64,000 nucleotides of DNA from an uncultured Actinomycetes bacterium (lineage in GTDB: Bacteria; Actinomycetota; Acidimicrobiia; IMCC26256; PALSA-610), in contig OY970315.1 in NCBI GenBank assembly GCA_963716525.1, positions 4,395,034 to 4,459,033 on the forward strand, in the 5' to 3' direction. A program made the translations under genes and the position numbers. A model generated the notes under the pieces. It was not told where the DNA came from, searched no databases, and saw only the letters and a list, made by a program, of their open reading frames with translations. This document shows positions 1 through 9,107 of the stretch, piece by piece (position 1 is the first letter of the stretch; each line of letters opens with the position of its first letter).

Positions 1-437
1 ACGACCTGGCCCACCGACACGTGCGGGTCGAAGAACTGCGCGTCGCCCGCCGCGATCACGATGTCGGCGTCGGCGATCCAGTGGAAGCCGCCGCCGCAGC
101 AGATGCCGTTCACCGCGGTGATCACCGGCTTCCACACCTGCTGGTGCCAGCTCGTGAAGTGCAGATCCCAGTTCGCCACCGACTCGCGATAGCGCTCCAT
201 GCCCATGCCGTCGGTGGCGAGCTCGGTGACGTCGACGCCGGTCTGGAACGCGCGGCCGTTCCCGGTGTGCACGATCACCCGCACGTCGGGATCGGCGTCG
301 AGCTCCTTCCATGCCACGGCGAACTCGTCGCGCATCAACGCGTTCATCGCGTTCAGCTGATCGGGCCGGTTGTTGTACAGCCACCCCACCGGGCCATGCC
401 GTTCGACGACGAGATGATCAAACGACGAAAAGCTCAC
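1..437 (-). CDS. enoyl-CoA hydratase/isomerase (crotonase) family protein, 5' part only (gene runs off the window start)
   Basis: Own minus-strand translation from GTG 437-435 gives VSFSSFDHLVVERHGPVGWLYNNRPDQLNAMN...GRAFQTGVDV...VITAVNGICCGGGFHW, the crotonase oxyanion-hole region. The start forms a GTGA overlap with the stop of the upstream ACAD gene. It is absent from the ORF track because no stop codon lies in the window. Confidence 0.8.
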   Translation of the reverse strand, partial: MSFSSFDHLVVERHGPVGWLYNNRPDQLNAMNALMRDEFAVAWKELDADPDVRVIVHTGNGRAFQTGVDVTELATDGMGMERYRESVANWDLHFTSWHQQVWKPVITAVNGICCGGGFHWIADADIVIAAGDAQFFDPHVSVGQV

Positions 438-1762
438 GATCGCGGCACCTCCTGCCAGGCCACGTCGACGTAGGGATCGGGCTCGCGCGGCAGACCGAGC
501 ACCTTCTCGCCCAGCACGTTCTTGTTCACCTCGGACGTTCCCCCCTCGATCGTGTTCGCGCGCGACCGCAGCATCCCGCGCACCTCGAACGGCATGCTCT
601 CTGTGCCCCCAGGGGCTTGCTCCACCCCCGCTCGCCTGCGGCTCGCGCCCCCAGGGGCTTCCTCCACCCCCGCTCGCCTGCGGCTCGCGCCCCCAGGGGC
701 TTCCCATGCCATCGCGGCCGGGCCGAGCAGGTCGGTGGCGAGCAGCTGCGTGCGCTGGTTCAACGACGCCATATGCACCTTGCCGATCGAGGTCAGCGCG
801 TTTCCCGCCGCGGCCACGCGCGCGTTCGTCCACGCCCGGATGCGTTCCTCCGCGTACACCTGCGCGAGGCGTTGCCGCACGATCGGGTCGCCGGTGCGCC
901 CGAGCTCACCGGCGCGCCGCAGGAGATGGTCGACGCCGGCGCCGCCGATGCGCGCGACCCCGCCCGACCCGCTCCCCGACACCATCTTCCGCTCACCGGC
1001 GAGCGTCGCCCCCGCAACGCGCCAGCCCTCACCTTCCCCACCCACACGGCAGGTGTCGGGCACGCGCACGCCGTCGAGGAACACCTCGTTGAAGTCGATC
1101 TCGCCGCCGATGTGGCGCAGCGGCCGCACCGCCACGCCGGGCGCATGCAGGTCGACGAGGAAGTACGTGAGCCCCTTGCGCTTCGGGCGCGACGGATCGG
1201 TACGGGCGAGGCAGATCGCCCAGTCGGACACGTGCGCCCAGGTCGTCCACACCTTCTGGCCGTCGAGCACCCACTCGTCGCCGTCGAGCGCCGCGCGGGT
1301 GGCGAGCGACGCCAGATCCGAGCCGGCGCCCGGCTCACTCAGCAGCTGGCACCACTTCTCCTCGTTGCGCACGATCGGCGGCAGGTAGCGCAACCGCTGC
1401 TCCTCGGTGCCGTACGCGAAGAGCGCCGGCGCGGCGCTGTTGAGCCCGAGCACGTTCAGGCGGCCGAGGTTGAACGGCGCGAGCTCCGCCTCGAGCGCGC
1501 CAGCCTGCGCCACCGAGAGGTCGAGCCCCCCGTACTCGACCGGCCAGGTGGCCACGACCATCCCGCTCGCCGCGAAGACGGGGTACCACGCCTCGTACGC
1601 GCGGCGGCTGCGCACGGCGCGGATCGCGTCGCGCCCGCCCTGCTGCGCGGCGTCGCGCCACGCGGCCGGAACGTGCTCGCCCACCCAGGCCCGCGCCGCC
1701 CCGCGCACCTCGTGGGGCGGCGTGTCGCGCCCCACGGCGAGACGATCCGAGGCGTGCAGCAT
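434..1762 (-). CDS. acyl-CoA dehydrogenase (FadE-like) carrying an in-frame 42-bp tandem-repeat insertion near the C-terminus
   Basis: This is the C-terminal 442 aa of track ORF 434..3154, starting at ATG 1762 (MLHASDRLAV...). ACAD hallmarks are present: ...EKWCQLLSEPGAGSDLASL... and ...RANTIEGGTSEVNKNVLGEKVLGLPREP. The remaining upstream part of the track ORF is GC-driven read-through. Confidence 0.85.
   Translation of the reverse strand: MLHASDRLAVGRDTPPHEVRGAARAWVGEHVPAAWRDAAQQGGRDAIRAVRSRRAYEAWYPVFAASGMVVATWPVEYGGLDLSVAQAGALEAELAPFNLGRLNVLGLNSAAPALFAYGTEEQRLRYLPPIVRNEEKWCQLLSEPGAGSDLASLATRAALDGDEWVLDGQKVWTTWAHVSDWAICLARTDPSRPKRKGLTYFLVDLHAPGVAVRPLRHIGGEIDFNEVFLDGVRVPDTCRVGGEGEGWRVAGATLAGERKMVSGSGSGGVARIGGAGVDHLLRRAGELGRTGDPIVRQRLAQVYAEERIRAWTNARVAAAGNALTSIGKVHMASLNQRTQLLATDLLGPAAMAWEAPGGASRRRAGVEEAPGGASRRRAGVEQAPGGTESMPFEVRGMLRSRANTIEGGTSEVNKNVLGEKVLGLPREPDPYVDVAWQEVPRS
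606..704. repeat. 42-bp tandem repeat, about 2.4 copies (units start at 606, 648, 690), inside the ACAD coding sequence
   Basis: Direct reading gives CCCCCAGGGGCTT(G/C)CTCCACCCCCGCTCGCCTGCGGCTCGCG twice plus a partial unit. It is translated on the minus strand as APGGASRRRAGVE(E/Q). It shares the core CTCCACCCCCGCTCGCCT and a GCCCC..GGGGC palindrome with the 48-bp repeat at 52861-53043. Confidence 0.9.
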
Positions 1763-1825
1763 GGCGCGACAGGCTACGGGCCCACCGGTGCGGGCCACCG
1801 AACTGCACCCTGCAAGACTGGCGCG

Positions 1826-3118
1826 GTGACCGACACCGCGCCATCGTCGCCTGCCGGCGCGGCGGCCCCCGCGATCACCGACGAGGGCGTGGCGGCGCTG
1901 CGCGCGCGCGTCGGCGTGCCACAGCCGCACCCGCAACCACCGCATTACCGCGTGCCGAACGAAGACGCGTTCCGCCACGTCGCGGAGGCCTACGGCGACG
2001 ACAACCCGCTGTGGTGTGACCCCGAGTACGCGAGCGCGTCGGTGTGGAATGGGCCGATCGCGCCGCCGCACCTGAACGGGGGCGACACGCTGATCGGCGA
2101 GAACGAGGTCGCCGAGCTCGACCCCGCGACGAAGCAGCTCCTGCGCGGCGATCCCATCCGCGGCGCGCACGCCTATTACGCGGGGAGCTTCCGGGAGTGG
2201 TGGGCGCCGCTCCGGCCGGGCATGCGGGTGATGCGCCGCAACGCGCTCGTGGGCGTGCACGACAAGCGGTCGGAGTTCGCGGCCCGTGCGGTGCACGAGT
2301 GGAGCGGCGAGGTGTTCGCGGCGCGAGATCCCGCGGTCGCGCTGAACGCCCAGTACCGGCTGATGATCCGCACCGAGCGCCACAAGGCCGAAGCGCGCGG
2401 CAAGTACGACGAGACCCCGATCCGGCCGTACACCGACGACGAGCTGGCGCGCGTCGACGAGGTCTACGCGAGCGAGCCGGGCCGCAGGCGCGGCGCAGAG
2501 CCACGCTGGTGGGAGGACGTGACGGTCGGTGACGAGCTCGGGCCGGTCGTCAAGGGCCCACTGCGCGTCACCGACATGGTGTGCTGGCACGTCGGCGTGG
2601 GCATGGGTCTGTACGGCGTGAAGCCGCTGCGGCTCAGCTACCAGCAACGCATGCGCGTGCCGCGCTTCTTCCGTCCCGACGACCTGAACGTGCCCGACGT
2701 GCAGCAGCGCGTGCACTGGGACGCCGAATGGGCACGGCGCGCCGGCAACCCGGCGATCTACGACTACGGGCGCATGCGCGAGACGTGGCTGATCCATCTC
2801 TGCACCGATTGGATGGGCGACGCGGCCTGGCTCTGGAAGCTCGACTGCGAGTTCCGGCGCTTCAACTACGTGGGCGACACGCACTGGATGCGCGGCCGGA
2901 TCACGCGCGTGTACCTCGCGCCCGGCGACCGGCCCGCCGTCGACGCCGACGTGTGGGGCGAGAACCAGCGGGGCGAGACCACGACGCCCGGCCACGCGAC
3001 GATCCTGCTGCCCAGCCGGGAGCACGGACCCGTGCGACTCCCCGACCCGCCGGGAGGCGCGTCCACCTGCGCCGGCCTCCTCGACGCCATCGTCGACCAG
3101 TTCGCAAGAGTGTCGTAG
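1826..3118 (+). CDS. MaoC-like / double hot-dog acyl dehydratase family protein
   Basis: This is the C-terminal 430 aa of track ORF 311..3118, with the first in-frame start at GTG 1826 (VTDTAPSS...ITDEGVAALRARVG). The NPLWCDPEYA segment and the C-terminal hot-dog region (VGDTHWMRGRITRVY) are typical of N-terminal-MaoC plus MaoC dehydratase pairs. It is divergent from the ACAD gene. Confidence 0.7.
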   Translation: MTDTAPSSPAGAAAPAITDEGVAALRARVGVPQPHPQPPHYRVPNEDAFRHVAEAYGDDNPLWCDPEYASASVWNGPIAPPHLNGGDTLIGENEVAELDPATKQLLRGDPIRGAHAYYAGSFREWWAPLRPGMRVMRRNALVGVHDKRSEFAARAVHEWSGEVFAARDPAVALNAQYRLMIRTERHKAEARGKYDETPIRPYTDDELARVDEVYASEPGRRRGAEPRWWEDVTVGDELGPVVKGPLRVTDMVCWHVGVGMGLYGVKPLRLSYQQRMRVPRFFRPDDLNVPDVQQRVHWDAEWARRAGNPAIYDYGRMRETWLIHLCTDWMGDAAWLWKLDCEFRRFNYVGDTHWMRGRITRVYLAPGDRPAVDADVWGENQRGETTTPGHATILLPSREHGPVRLPDPPGGASTCAGLLDAIVDQFARVS

Positions 3119-3157
3119 CGCGTCGCGCGGCGACGTGCTACGACACCAACGCACTCG

Positions 3158-4036
3158 CTACTGGTAGGGGTGGAGTGGGGGCGGCAGCTCGGCGCGTGCG
3201 ATGGCGTCGGCCCGCTCGTGCAGCAGTGCGGCCACCGTGTCGAGGTCGTGGGAGATGACGAAGCGGCCCTCCTGCATCGCCTCGACCGCGAAGCGCCCGA
3301 GCTCGAGCGTGTCCATCATCGCGAGCGGCGTGCCGGCAGCTTCCATCGCGGCCTTGTACTCGGCGATCGTCGTCATCGGCGCCGCCGGGCGCGGGCGCAC
3401 CCGCGCCAGCTCGGACGGCCGGTTGCGCTGCGCGGTCCACAACCCGGTGTCGAGCAGGCCGCCCGACGGGTAGAACACCGCGGCGCGCAGGTTCGTGCCC
3501 TCCTTGACGAAGTTGTGCGCGAGCGCCTCGGTGAAGCAGCTCACTGCGGCCTTACTCGCGGCGTACACCGACGCGTTGAGCACGGGCGCGAATCCGCCGT
3601 CGGCCGAAGACGTGTTCACCACGAGTCCCTCGTCGCCGGTGGCGAGCATCCGCGGAACGAACGCGAGCGTGCACATCGCCACGCCGAGCACGTTCACCGA
3701 ATGGCACCACCGCCAGTCGTTCGGCTCCTGCTCCCACGGCAGGCCGCCGCCGCCCGACGTGACACCCGCGTTGTTGCACAGCACGTTGCACGTGCCGTAG
3801 CGCTCGAACACGCCGGCCGCGAGCGCCTCGACCGACGCCTCGTCGGCGACGTCGGTGCGGATACCCGACACCTCTCCCCGCCCCCGGAGCTCCTGCACCG
3901 TCGCGTCCAGCACCGGTGCCTCGATGTCGGCGATCACGACCTTCGCACCCTTGTCGAGGAACGCCTCCACGAGCCCCCGGCCCACTCCTGCGGCGCCCCC
4001 GGTGACCACGACTACCCGGTCGCGCAGCTCACGCAT
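3158..4036 (-). CDS. short-chain dehydrogenase/reductase (SDR)
   Basis: The start is ATG 4036 (MRELRDRVVVVTGGAAGVGRG, matching TGxxxGxG). NNAG and the catalytic YAASK are present. The start lies 1 nt after the stop of the upstream crotonase gene. Confidence 0.85.
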   Translation of the reverse strand: MRELRDRVVVVTGGAAGVGRGLVEAFLDKGAKVVIADIEAPVLDATVQELRGRGEVSGIRTDVADEASVEALAAGVFERYGTCNVLCNNAGVTSGGGGLPWEQEPNDWRWCHSVNVLGVAMCTLAFVPRMLATGDEGLVVNTSSADGGFAPVLNASVYAASKAAVSCFTEALAHNFVKEGTNLRAAVFYPSGGLLDTGLWTAQRNRPSELARVRPRPAAPMTTIAEYKAAMEAAGTPLAMMDTLELGRFAVEAMQEGRFVISHDLDTVAALLHERADAIARAELPPPLHPYQ

Positions 4037-4037
4037 C

Positions 4038-4913
4038 TCACACACCCCCTTGCCCGCGCTCGCGGGCTCGTTCGATCGGCGCGACCGCGATCGGATCGTC
4101 ACCGAGATGGTCCTCGACGCGCACGGGATACGCAGCATCGACCGTGACGAAGTCGGGCGGGCGCCGCTCTGCGAACGCCGCGAACGCCTCCATGTTCGCC
4201 GGCGCGCCCATGAGGCGGCGGAACGCCTCGTTCTCACGGTCGCGCGCCGCGCCGATCGCGTCACGCGCGCCCGACACGAGCGTGCGCTTCGTCTCCATGA
4301 GCGACGCGATCGGCTTACTCGCGAGCAGGCGCGCGTGCTCGAGCGTTGTGGCAAGCAGCTCGTCGGGTTCGCACACCTTCCATGCCAGACCCATGCGCGC
4401 GCAGTCGCCGGCCGAGAACCATTCCGAGCTCATCAACACCCACGCCGCGTGCTGGCGACCGAGCAGCAGCGGGAAGGTGTACGAGCTGCCCGCCTCCGGC
4501 GCGACCGCCAGGTCGCTGAACGGGCAACGGATGCGCGCGGCACTCGACATGAACACGAGGTCGACATAGCCGAGGAGCGTCGCGCCGATCCCGAGCGCCA
4601 TGCCGTTGACCGCGGCCAGCAGCGGCTTCGGGAACGTGGTGAGCACGTCGACGAAGTCGACGAAGCCGTGACGGCTGCCGTCGCTTCCCGGACCCGAGCC
4701 CGAGGCGGTGTCGGCCATCTCGGCGAGGTCGGCGCCCGCCGAGAAGGCCCGCCCGGCACCGGTGAGCACCACCACCGCCACATTCGGGTCGTGCGCCGCG
4801 GCCCGGAGCGCGTCGGTGGCCGCGAAGTAGAGCGCGTTGTTGAACGCGTTGAGCTTGTCGGGGCGGTCGAGCGTGAGGAGTCGCACGCGGCCTTCGTCGA
4901 CGGCGTGTATCAC
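4038..4913 (-). CDS. enoyl-CoA hydratase/isomerase family protein
   Basis: This is track ORF 4038..4913 with a GTG start: ..RLLTLDRPDKLNAFN.., VVVLTGAGRAFSAGADL. The start codon lies in the first unit of the 26-bp array. Confidence 0.85.
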   Translation of the reverse strand: MIHAVDEGRVRLLTLDRPDKLNAFNNALYFAATDALRAAAHDPNVAVVVLTGAGRAFSAGADLAEMADTASGSGPGSDGSRHGFVDFVDVLTTFPKPLLAAVNGMALGIGATLLGYVDLVFMSSAARIRCPFSDLAVAPEAGSSYTFPLLLGRQHAAWVLMSSEWFSAGDCARMGLAWKVCEPDELLATTLEHARLLASKPIASLMETKRTLVSGARDAIGAARDRENEAFRRLMGAPANMEAFAAFAERRPPDFVTVDAAYPVRVEDHLGDDPIAVAPIERARERGQGGV

Positions 4914-5069
4914 CGGTTCACGCCTTCGGCGCGGGTCACCGGGTCACGCCTTCGGCGCGGGTCACCGGGTCACGCCTTCGGCGCGGGTCACCGGGTCACG
5001 CCTTCGGCGCGGGTCACCGGGTCACGCCTTCGGCGCGGGTCACCGGGTCACGCCTTCGGCGCGGGTCAC
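4911..5069. repeat. 26-bp tandem repeat, 6 full copies plus a 3-4 nt stub, filling the gap between two crotonase genes
   Basis: Direct reading gives CACCGG(G/T)TCACGCCTTCGGCGCGGGT with units starting at 4911, 4937, 4963, 4989, 5015 and 5041. In gene sense each unit reads GTGACCCG-CGCCGAAGGC-GTGACCCG. Confidence 0.95.
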
Positions 5070-5875
5070 GACGAGGTTCCCTTGCCACCACCGACGATGC
5101 GGTCGCGGTACGAAGCCATGAACTCGCGCACATCGGCGGCCTGACCGGCCAGGTTCTGGTTGCGGTTCTCCATGGCGATCGCGGCATCCATGCTCGTGAC
5201 CTCGACGTTGTGCCACAGCACTTCCTTCGTGAGCGTGAGCCCCGTGCTCGTGTAGCCGGCAACGGTGTGGGCGTAGGCGAGCGTGGCGTCGAGGAGCCGG
5301 TCGTCGTCGACGACCTGCGACACCAGCCCGATGCGCTCGGCCTCGTCGCCACCGATCTCGCGGCCCGACACGATCAGATCGAAGCCGCGCGACACGCCGA
5401 CGAGCCGCGGCAGCAGGTAACTGATCCCGATGTCGGTGCCGCTGAGCCCGGTGCGGATGAATGCCGAGCAGAACCGCGCCGAGCGCGCCGCGATGCGCAC
5501 GTCGGCCGCGCACGCCAGCGCGAGGCCGCCACCGAACGCCGCTCCGTGCACGGCCGCCACGATGATCTGCGGCGTTGCCCGCATGTGGGGCACGAGGCTC
5601 GAGATGAACTCCTGGCCGCCCATGCCCGCTCGCATGTGCCGGTGCGCGCCGGCTGCGGGCACGTTGCCCCAGTCCTTCAGATCGAGCCCGGCGCAGAAGC
5701 CCTTGCCGGCGCCGGTGAGCACCGCGACGCGACAATCGGAGTCGGCGGCCACGGCGTCGAGCGCGTCGTGGAGGTCGCCGACGAGCTCGAAGCTCATGGC
5801 GTTACGCCGCTCGGGACGGTTCAGCCGGATCAGGCGGATGTGCGGCCCGGCGGCTTCGACGTCGACGGTGCTCAC
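5066..5875 (-). CDS. enoyl-CoA hydratase/isomerase family protein
   Basis: Track ORF with ..IRLIRLNRPERRNAMS.., VAVLTGAGKGFCAGLDL. Its TGA stop (5068-5066) lies in the terminal stub of the 26-bp array. Confidence 0.85.
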   Translation of the reverse strand: MSTVDVEAAGPHIRLIRLNRPERRNAMSFELVGDLHDALDAVAADSDCRVAVLTGAGKGFCAGLDLKDWGNVPAAGAHRHMRAGMGGQEFISSLVPHMRATPQIIVAAVHGAAFGGGLALACAADVRIAARSARFCSAFIRTGLSGTDIGISYLLPRLVGVSRGFDLIVSGREIGGDEAERIGLVSQVVDDDRLLDATLAYAHTVAGYTSTGLTLTKEVLWHNVEVTSMDAAIAMENRNQNLAGQAADVREFMASYRDRIVGGGKGTSS

Positions 5876-7145
5876 GGTGTGGCGTCCATGTGCAACTGCG
5901 CGTGCCCGCGGCCCTGCTGGATGGCCGGCACGTAGTCGTCGAGCTCGGCGAGCGTGCGGTCGTCGGTGAGGTCGACGACGCGGCCCCGCTCGGCCGACAG
6001 ATACGCCGCCATGGTCAGCCGCACGATCTCCAAACCGTAGTCGAAGTCGAGCAACGCGCTGCGGCCCGAGCGGAACGCGGTGAGCGCGTCCACGTTCTCG
6101 TCGGTGTAGCCGTAGAGGTCGGGTTCGTTGGGCTGGATCGCGAGCAGGCCGTGCGATGCGGTCGCCTTCTCGAGCGCGCGCTCGGCGTCGGCAACCGACG
6201 CGGCGGCCGCGTCACCGATGAACACCTCGAGTGGTGACCGCAGGCTGTTCGCCTCGAGCGCGTAACCCGGACCGAGCCCGTCGGTGAGCAGTCGCAGCCC
6301 CTGCTTGTCGTACATCCACGACACGGTGAACTGGGCCTTCGAGCGCGCACCACGCTCGGGATCGCGGTAGGTGACCATCCCGGTGGCAAAGTCCTCGGCC
6401 GGAGTCTGCGCGTAGTCCACGCCGTGCCGTTCGAGCAGCTCCGCCGCGCCAGCGCGGCTGGCCCCACTTGAGCAGCGCGACGTCGGCCGAGACGCACTCG
6501 GGCACGAGATGGCGCGGTGGCCGGCCCGGTGGCGTCAGCAGGTACCAACCGACTGCGATCGAATGGCAGCCCATGTCGGACAGGACGCCGCCGCCCTGGC
6601 GCGTCGGGTCCCAGAACCACGGGCTGTGCGGGCCGGCGTGCTCCTCCGACGAGCGCGCGAGCACGAGCGGCCCCATCGCTGCGATCGTCTCGGCGAGCTG
6701 CAGCCGCGCCTGCTGCAGCATCTTCATGTGGATCTGGTTCTCGAAATAGGCGGTCGGGGCGCCGACCTCGCGGGCCAGCTCCACCACGCGGCGCGCCTCG
6801 GGCAGGTTGCGCGCGAGCGGCTTGTCGCAGATCAGGCCGCGCAGCCGGGCACCGTCGCGCGCCGCGGCGGCAAGCTGCTCCATCACGGCCACCCGCTCGA
6901 AGTTCGGGCTGCACACGGCCACGACGTCGACGTCGCGCGCCATCTCGGCGACCGAGGCGTACACGCGCGCCGGGCCGAGCCCGCGGTCGCGCACCGACTG
7001 CGCGAGCGCCTCGGGCGGCCGGCGCGACACGAGCCCCGCCACCTCGATCCCGCGCACCTGCTCCAGCGCGCGGCAGGTGGAACTGGGTCATGAAACCCGC
7101 ACCGACGAACCCGTACCGCAGGTCTTGGTGACGCTGCTCAGTCAT
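5872..7145 (-). pseudogene. Gfo/Idh/MocA family oxidoreductase interrupted by two frame breaks (pseudogene or sequence error)
   Basis: The N-terminus MTEQRHQDLRYGFVGAGFMTQFHL (Rossmann motif) lies in the frame of ORF 6015..7187. The middle (..GIEVAGLVSRRP..ICDKPLARN..GGVLSDMGCHSIAVGW..) lies in ORF 6212..7057. The C-terminus (VDYAQTPAEDFATGMVTYRD...) lies in ORF 5872..6420. The frame switches fall at about 7061-7078 and 6441-6457, both in (GC)n runs. Confidence 0.7.
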
Positions 7146-8265
7146 CGAACACGCCGGGCGCGAGGTCGGTGGGGAGCGGTGCGGCACGCTCGCACGTGGT
7201 CGTGAGCGGCACGCGGGTGCCGGCCTCCGACGACGTCAACGCGCCGTCCATGATCTCGAGCACATGCAGCGCGAGGTCGGCCGACGCGCGGTGGGCCCGC
7301 CCGCTGCGCATCGCCCACATCATGTCGCCGAGGCCGATGCCCCGCTGCTGCGGGAGCGTCTTCGCCAGCAGCTCGGTGTCGCGCCACCATTCGTCACGAA
7401 CACCGCGCATGAGCACCGGCCCCTTGAACGTGTTCGGATCGGGTACCGCGAGCGTCCCCTCCGTGCCGTAGATCTCGATGAAGCGGTACCGCGTCGCCGC
7501 GACGTCGAAGCTCGTGACGAGGGTGGCGATCGCACCCGAAGCGAACTCGATGGCCGCGCTCGTGTGCGTCGGCGCCGCAACGTCGATCACCTCACCGCGG
7601 TGCGGCTCCGAGCGGATCGTGCGCTGCGGGCGGGAGATGCGACCCGTGCCGATCACCGACACGGCCGGGCCGAGGAGTTGCACGAGCGCGGTGAGGTAGT
7701 AGGGGCCCATGTCGAGCATCGGTCCGCTGCCGTGCCCGTAGAAGAAGCCCGGGTTCGGGTGCCACCATTCCGGGCCGGGCTGCAGCATGAACGCGTTCGC
7801 CGCGAGCGGCTCACCGATGTCGCCGCGATCGATGACGGCGCGGCACGTCTGCAGCCCGACGCCGAGGAACGTGTCGGGTGCGCAGCCGAGCCGAACCCCG
7901 CGTGCTGCGGCGAGGCCGTGCAGGGCGCGTCCCTCGCCGAGGTCGATGCCGAGCGGCTTCTCGCTGAAGGCGGCCTTCCCGGCGTCGAGCACCGCCCGCG
8001 TCACCGCGGCATGGTGGAGCGGCGGCGTGAGGTTGACCACGGCGTCGATCTCGGGGTCGGCGAGCACATCGTCGAGCGTCGCGGCGCGGGCACCGCACTG
8101 CTGTGCGAGCTGCGCGGCCCGCTCGGCTAGCTGGTCGGTGCACGCGGCCACCTCCACGTGCGCGAAGCGCCCGATCGTGTGCGCGTACACCGGGCTGATC
8201 ACGCCGCACCCCACGATGGCGATCCGGCACGGGGTCGGGCCCACCCCCGCTCGCCCGGCGTTCAT
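7138..8265 (-). CDS. Gfo/Idh/MocA family oxidoreductase
   Basis: Track ORF with the Rossmann motif CRIAIVGCGVISPVY and the FSEKPLG motif. It forms an 8-nt ATGACTGA overlap with the downstream paralogue. Confidence 0.85.
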   Translation of the reverse strand: MNAGRAGVGPTPCRIAIVGCGVISPVYAHTIGRFAHVEVAACTDQLAERAAQLAQQCGARAATLDDVLADPEIDAVVNLTPPLHHAAVTRAVLDAGKAAFSEKPLGIDLGEGRALHGLAAARGVRLGCAPDTFLGVGLQTCRAVIDRGDIGEPLAANAFMLQPGPEWWHPNPGFFYGHGSGPMLDMGPYYLTALVQLLGPAVSVIGTGRISRPQRTIRSEPHRGEVIDVAAPTHTSAAIEFASGAIATLVTSFDVAATRYRFIEIYGTEGTLAVPDPNTFKGPVLMRGVRDEWWRDTELLAKTLPQQRGIGLGDMMWAMRSGRAHRASADLALHVLEIMDGALTSSEAGTRVPLTTTCERAAPLPTDLAPGVFDD

Positions 8266-9038
8266 GCCGCACGACCCCGAGAGAGCCCATGGCCCACCAG
8301 GTACTCGCAGCTGCGGCGGGCGGCACCGGCGATGTCACCGTCGCACCGGTCGAGCTCCACGATGTGCCAGCGCGCGGCCGGTGCAGCGGCGAGCACACCG
8401 GCAATGTCGACGGCACCGTCGCCGACCGCGACCATCGCGCTCCGGGGATCGTCGGCCGGCCCGTCCTTGACGTGCAGCAGCGCCACCCGTTCGCCGAGCT
8501 CGCGGACCAGCGCGGCCGGGTCGGTACCGCCGACCTGCGCCCAGTAGATGTCGACCTCCGCGACGGTCTGCGGGTCGAGCGCGTCGAACAGGTGCAGCAA
8601 CGCGGGCCGGCCCTCGACCTCGCGCATCTCCCAGAAGTGGTTGTGGTACCCGAACGTCATTCCCCGCTCCCGGGCCAGGCCGGCGAGCGTGTTCAAGGTG
8701 CCGGCATTGGCGCGGATCGCGGCCGGCTCGCGGAACTGGTCGGGCGGGAGCATCGGCATCACCACGGTGTCGCAACCGAGCGTCAGGAACGCGTCGAGCT
8801 CGGCCTTGAAACGGTCGGGGTCGGCGCTCGACGCGTGCGCGCTCGCCACCGCGAGCCCGAGCTCGTCGAGCAGCGCGGCCAACTGGCCCGGTGAGAGGTC
8901 GTGGAAGCCTGCCAGCTCCACACCCACGTAACCCATCGCCGCGACCTGGTGCAGCACGCCCGTGAAGTCGACCGCCGCGGCCTCCCGCATCGTGTACAGC
9001 TGCAGCGCGACCGGCGTGCTGGTCATGTCGTTCGTCAT
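8262..9038 (-). CDS. sugar phosphate isomerase/epimerase (xylose-isomerase-like TIM barrel)
   Basis: This is the C-terminal 258 aa of track ORF 8262..10193 from ATG 9038 (MTNDMTSTPVALQLYTMRE..). GYVGVELAG.., FGYHNHFWE and LLHVKDG are typical of the family. Confidence 0.8.
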   Translation of the reverse strand: MTNDMTSTPVALQLYTMREAAAVDFTGVLHQVAAMGYVGVELAGFHDLSPGQLAALLDELGLAVASAHASSADPDRFKAELDAFLTLGCDTVVMPMLPPDQFREPAAIRANAGTLNTLAGLARERGMTFGYHNHFWEMREVEGRPALLHLFDALDPQTVAEVDIYWAQVGGTDPAALVRELGERVALLHVKDGPADDPRSAMVAVGDGAVDIAGVLAAAPAARWHIVELDRCDGDIAGAARRSCEYLVGHGLSRGRAA

Positions 9039-9107
9039 CGCGACGAGTCTCGGCCACCCGGTGAGCCCGATGCCAATGGGCGCCCGGCCGGTAAGGTCGA
9101 AGCAACC

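Noticed and set aside
4911-5069. The tandem arrays (26 bp x6 here; 48 bp x4 at 52861-53043) considered as possible CRISPR arrays.
   Set aside because: The repeats are contiguous with no spacers, and no cas genes are present. They are tandem repeats, not CRISPR.
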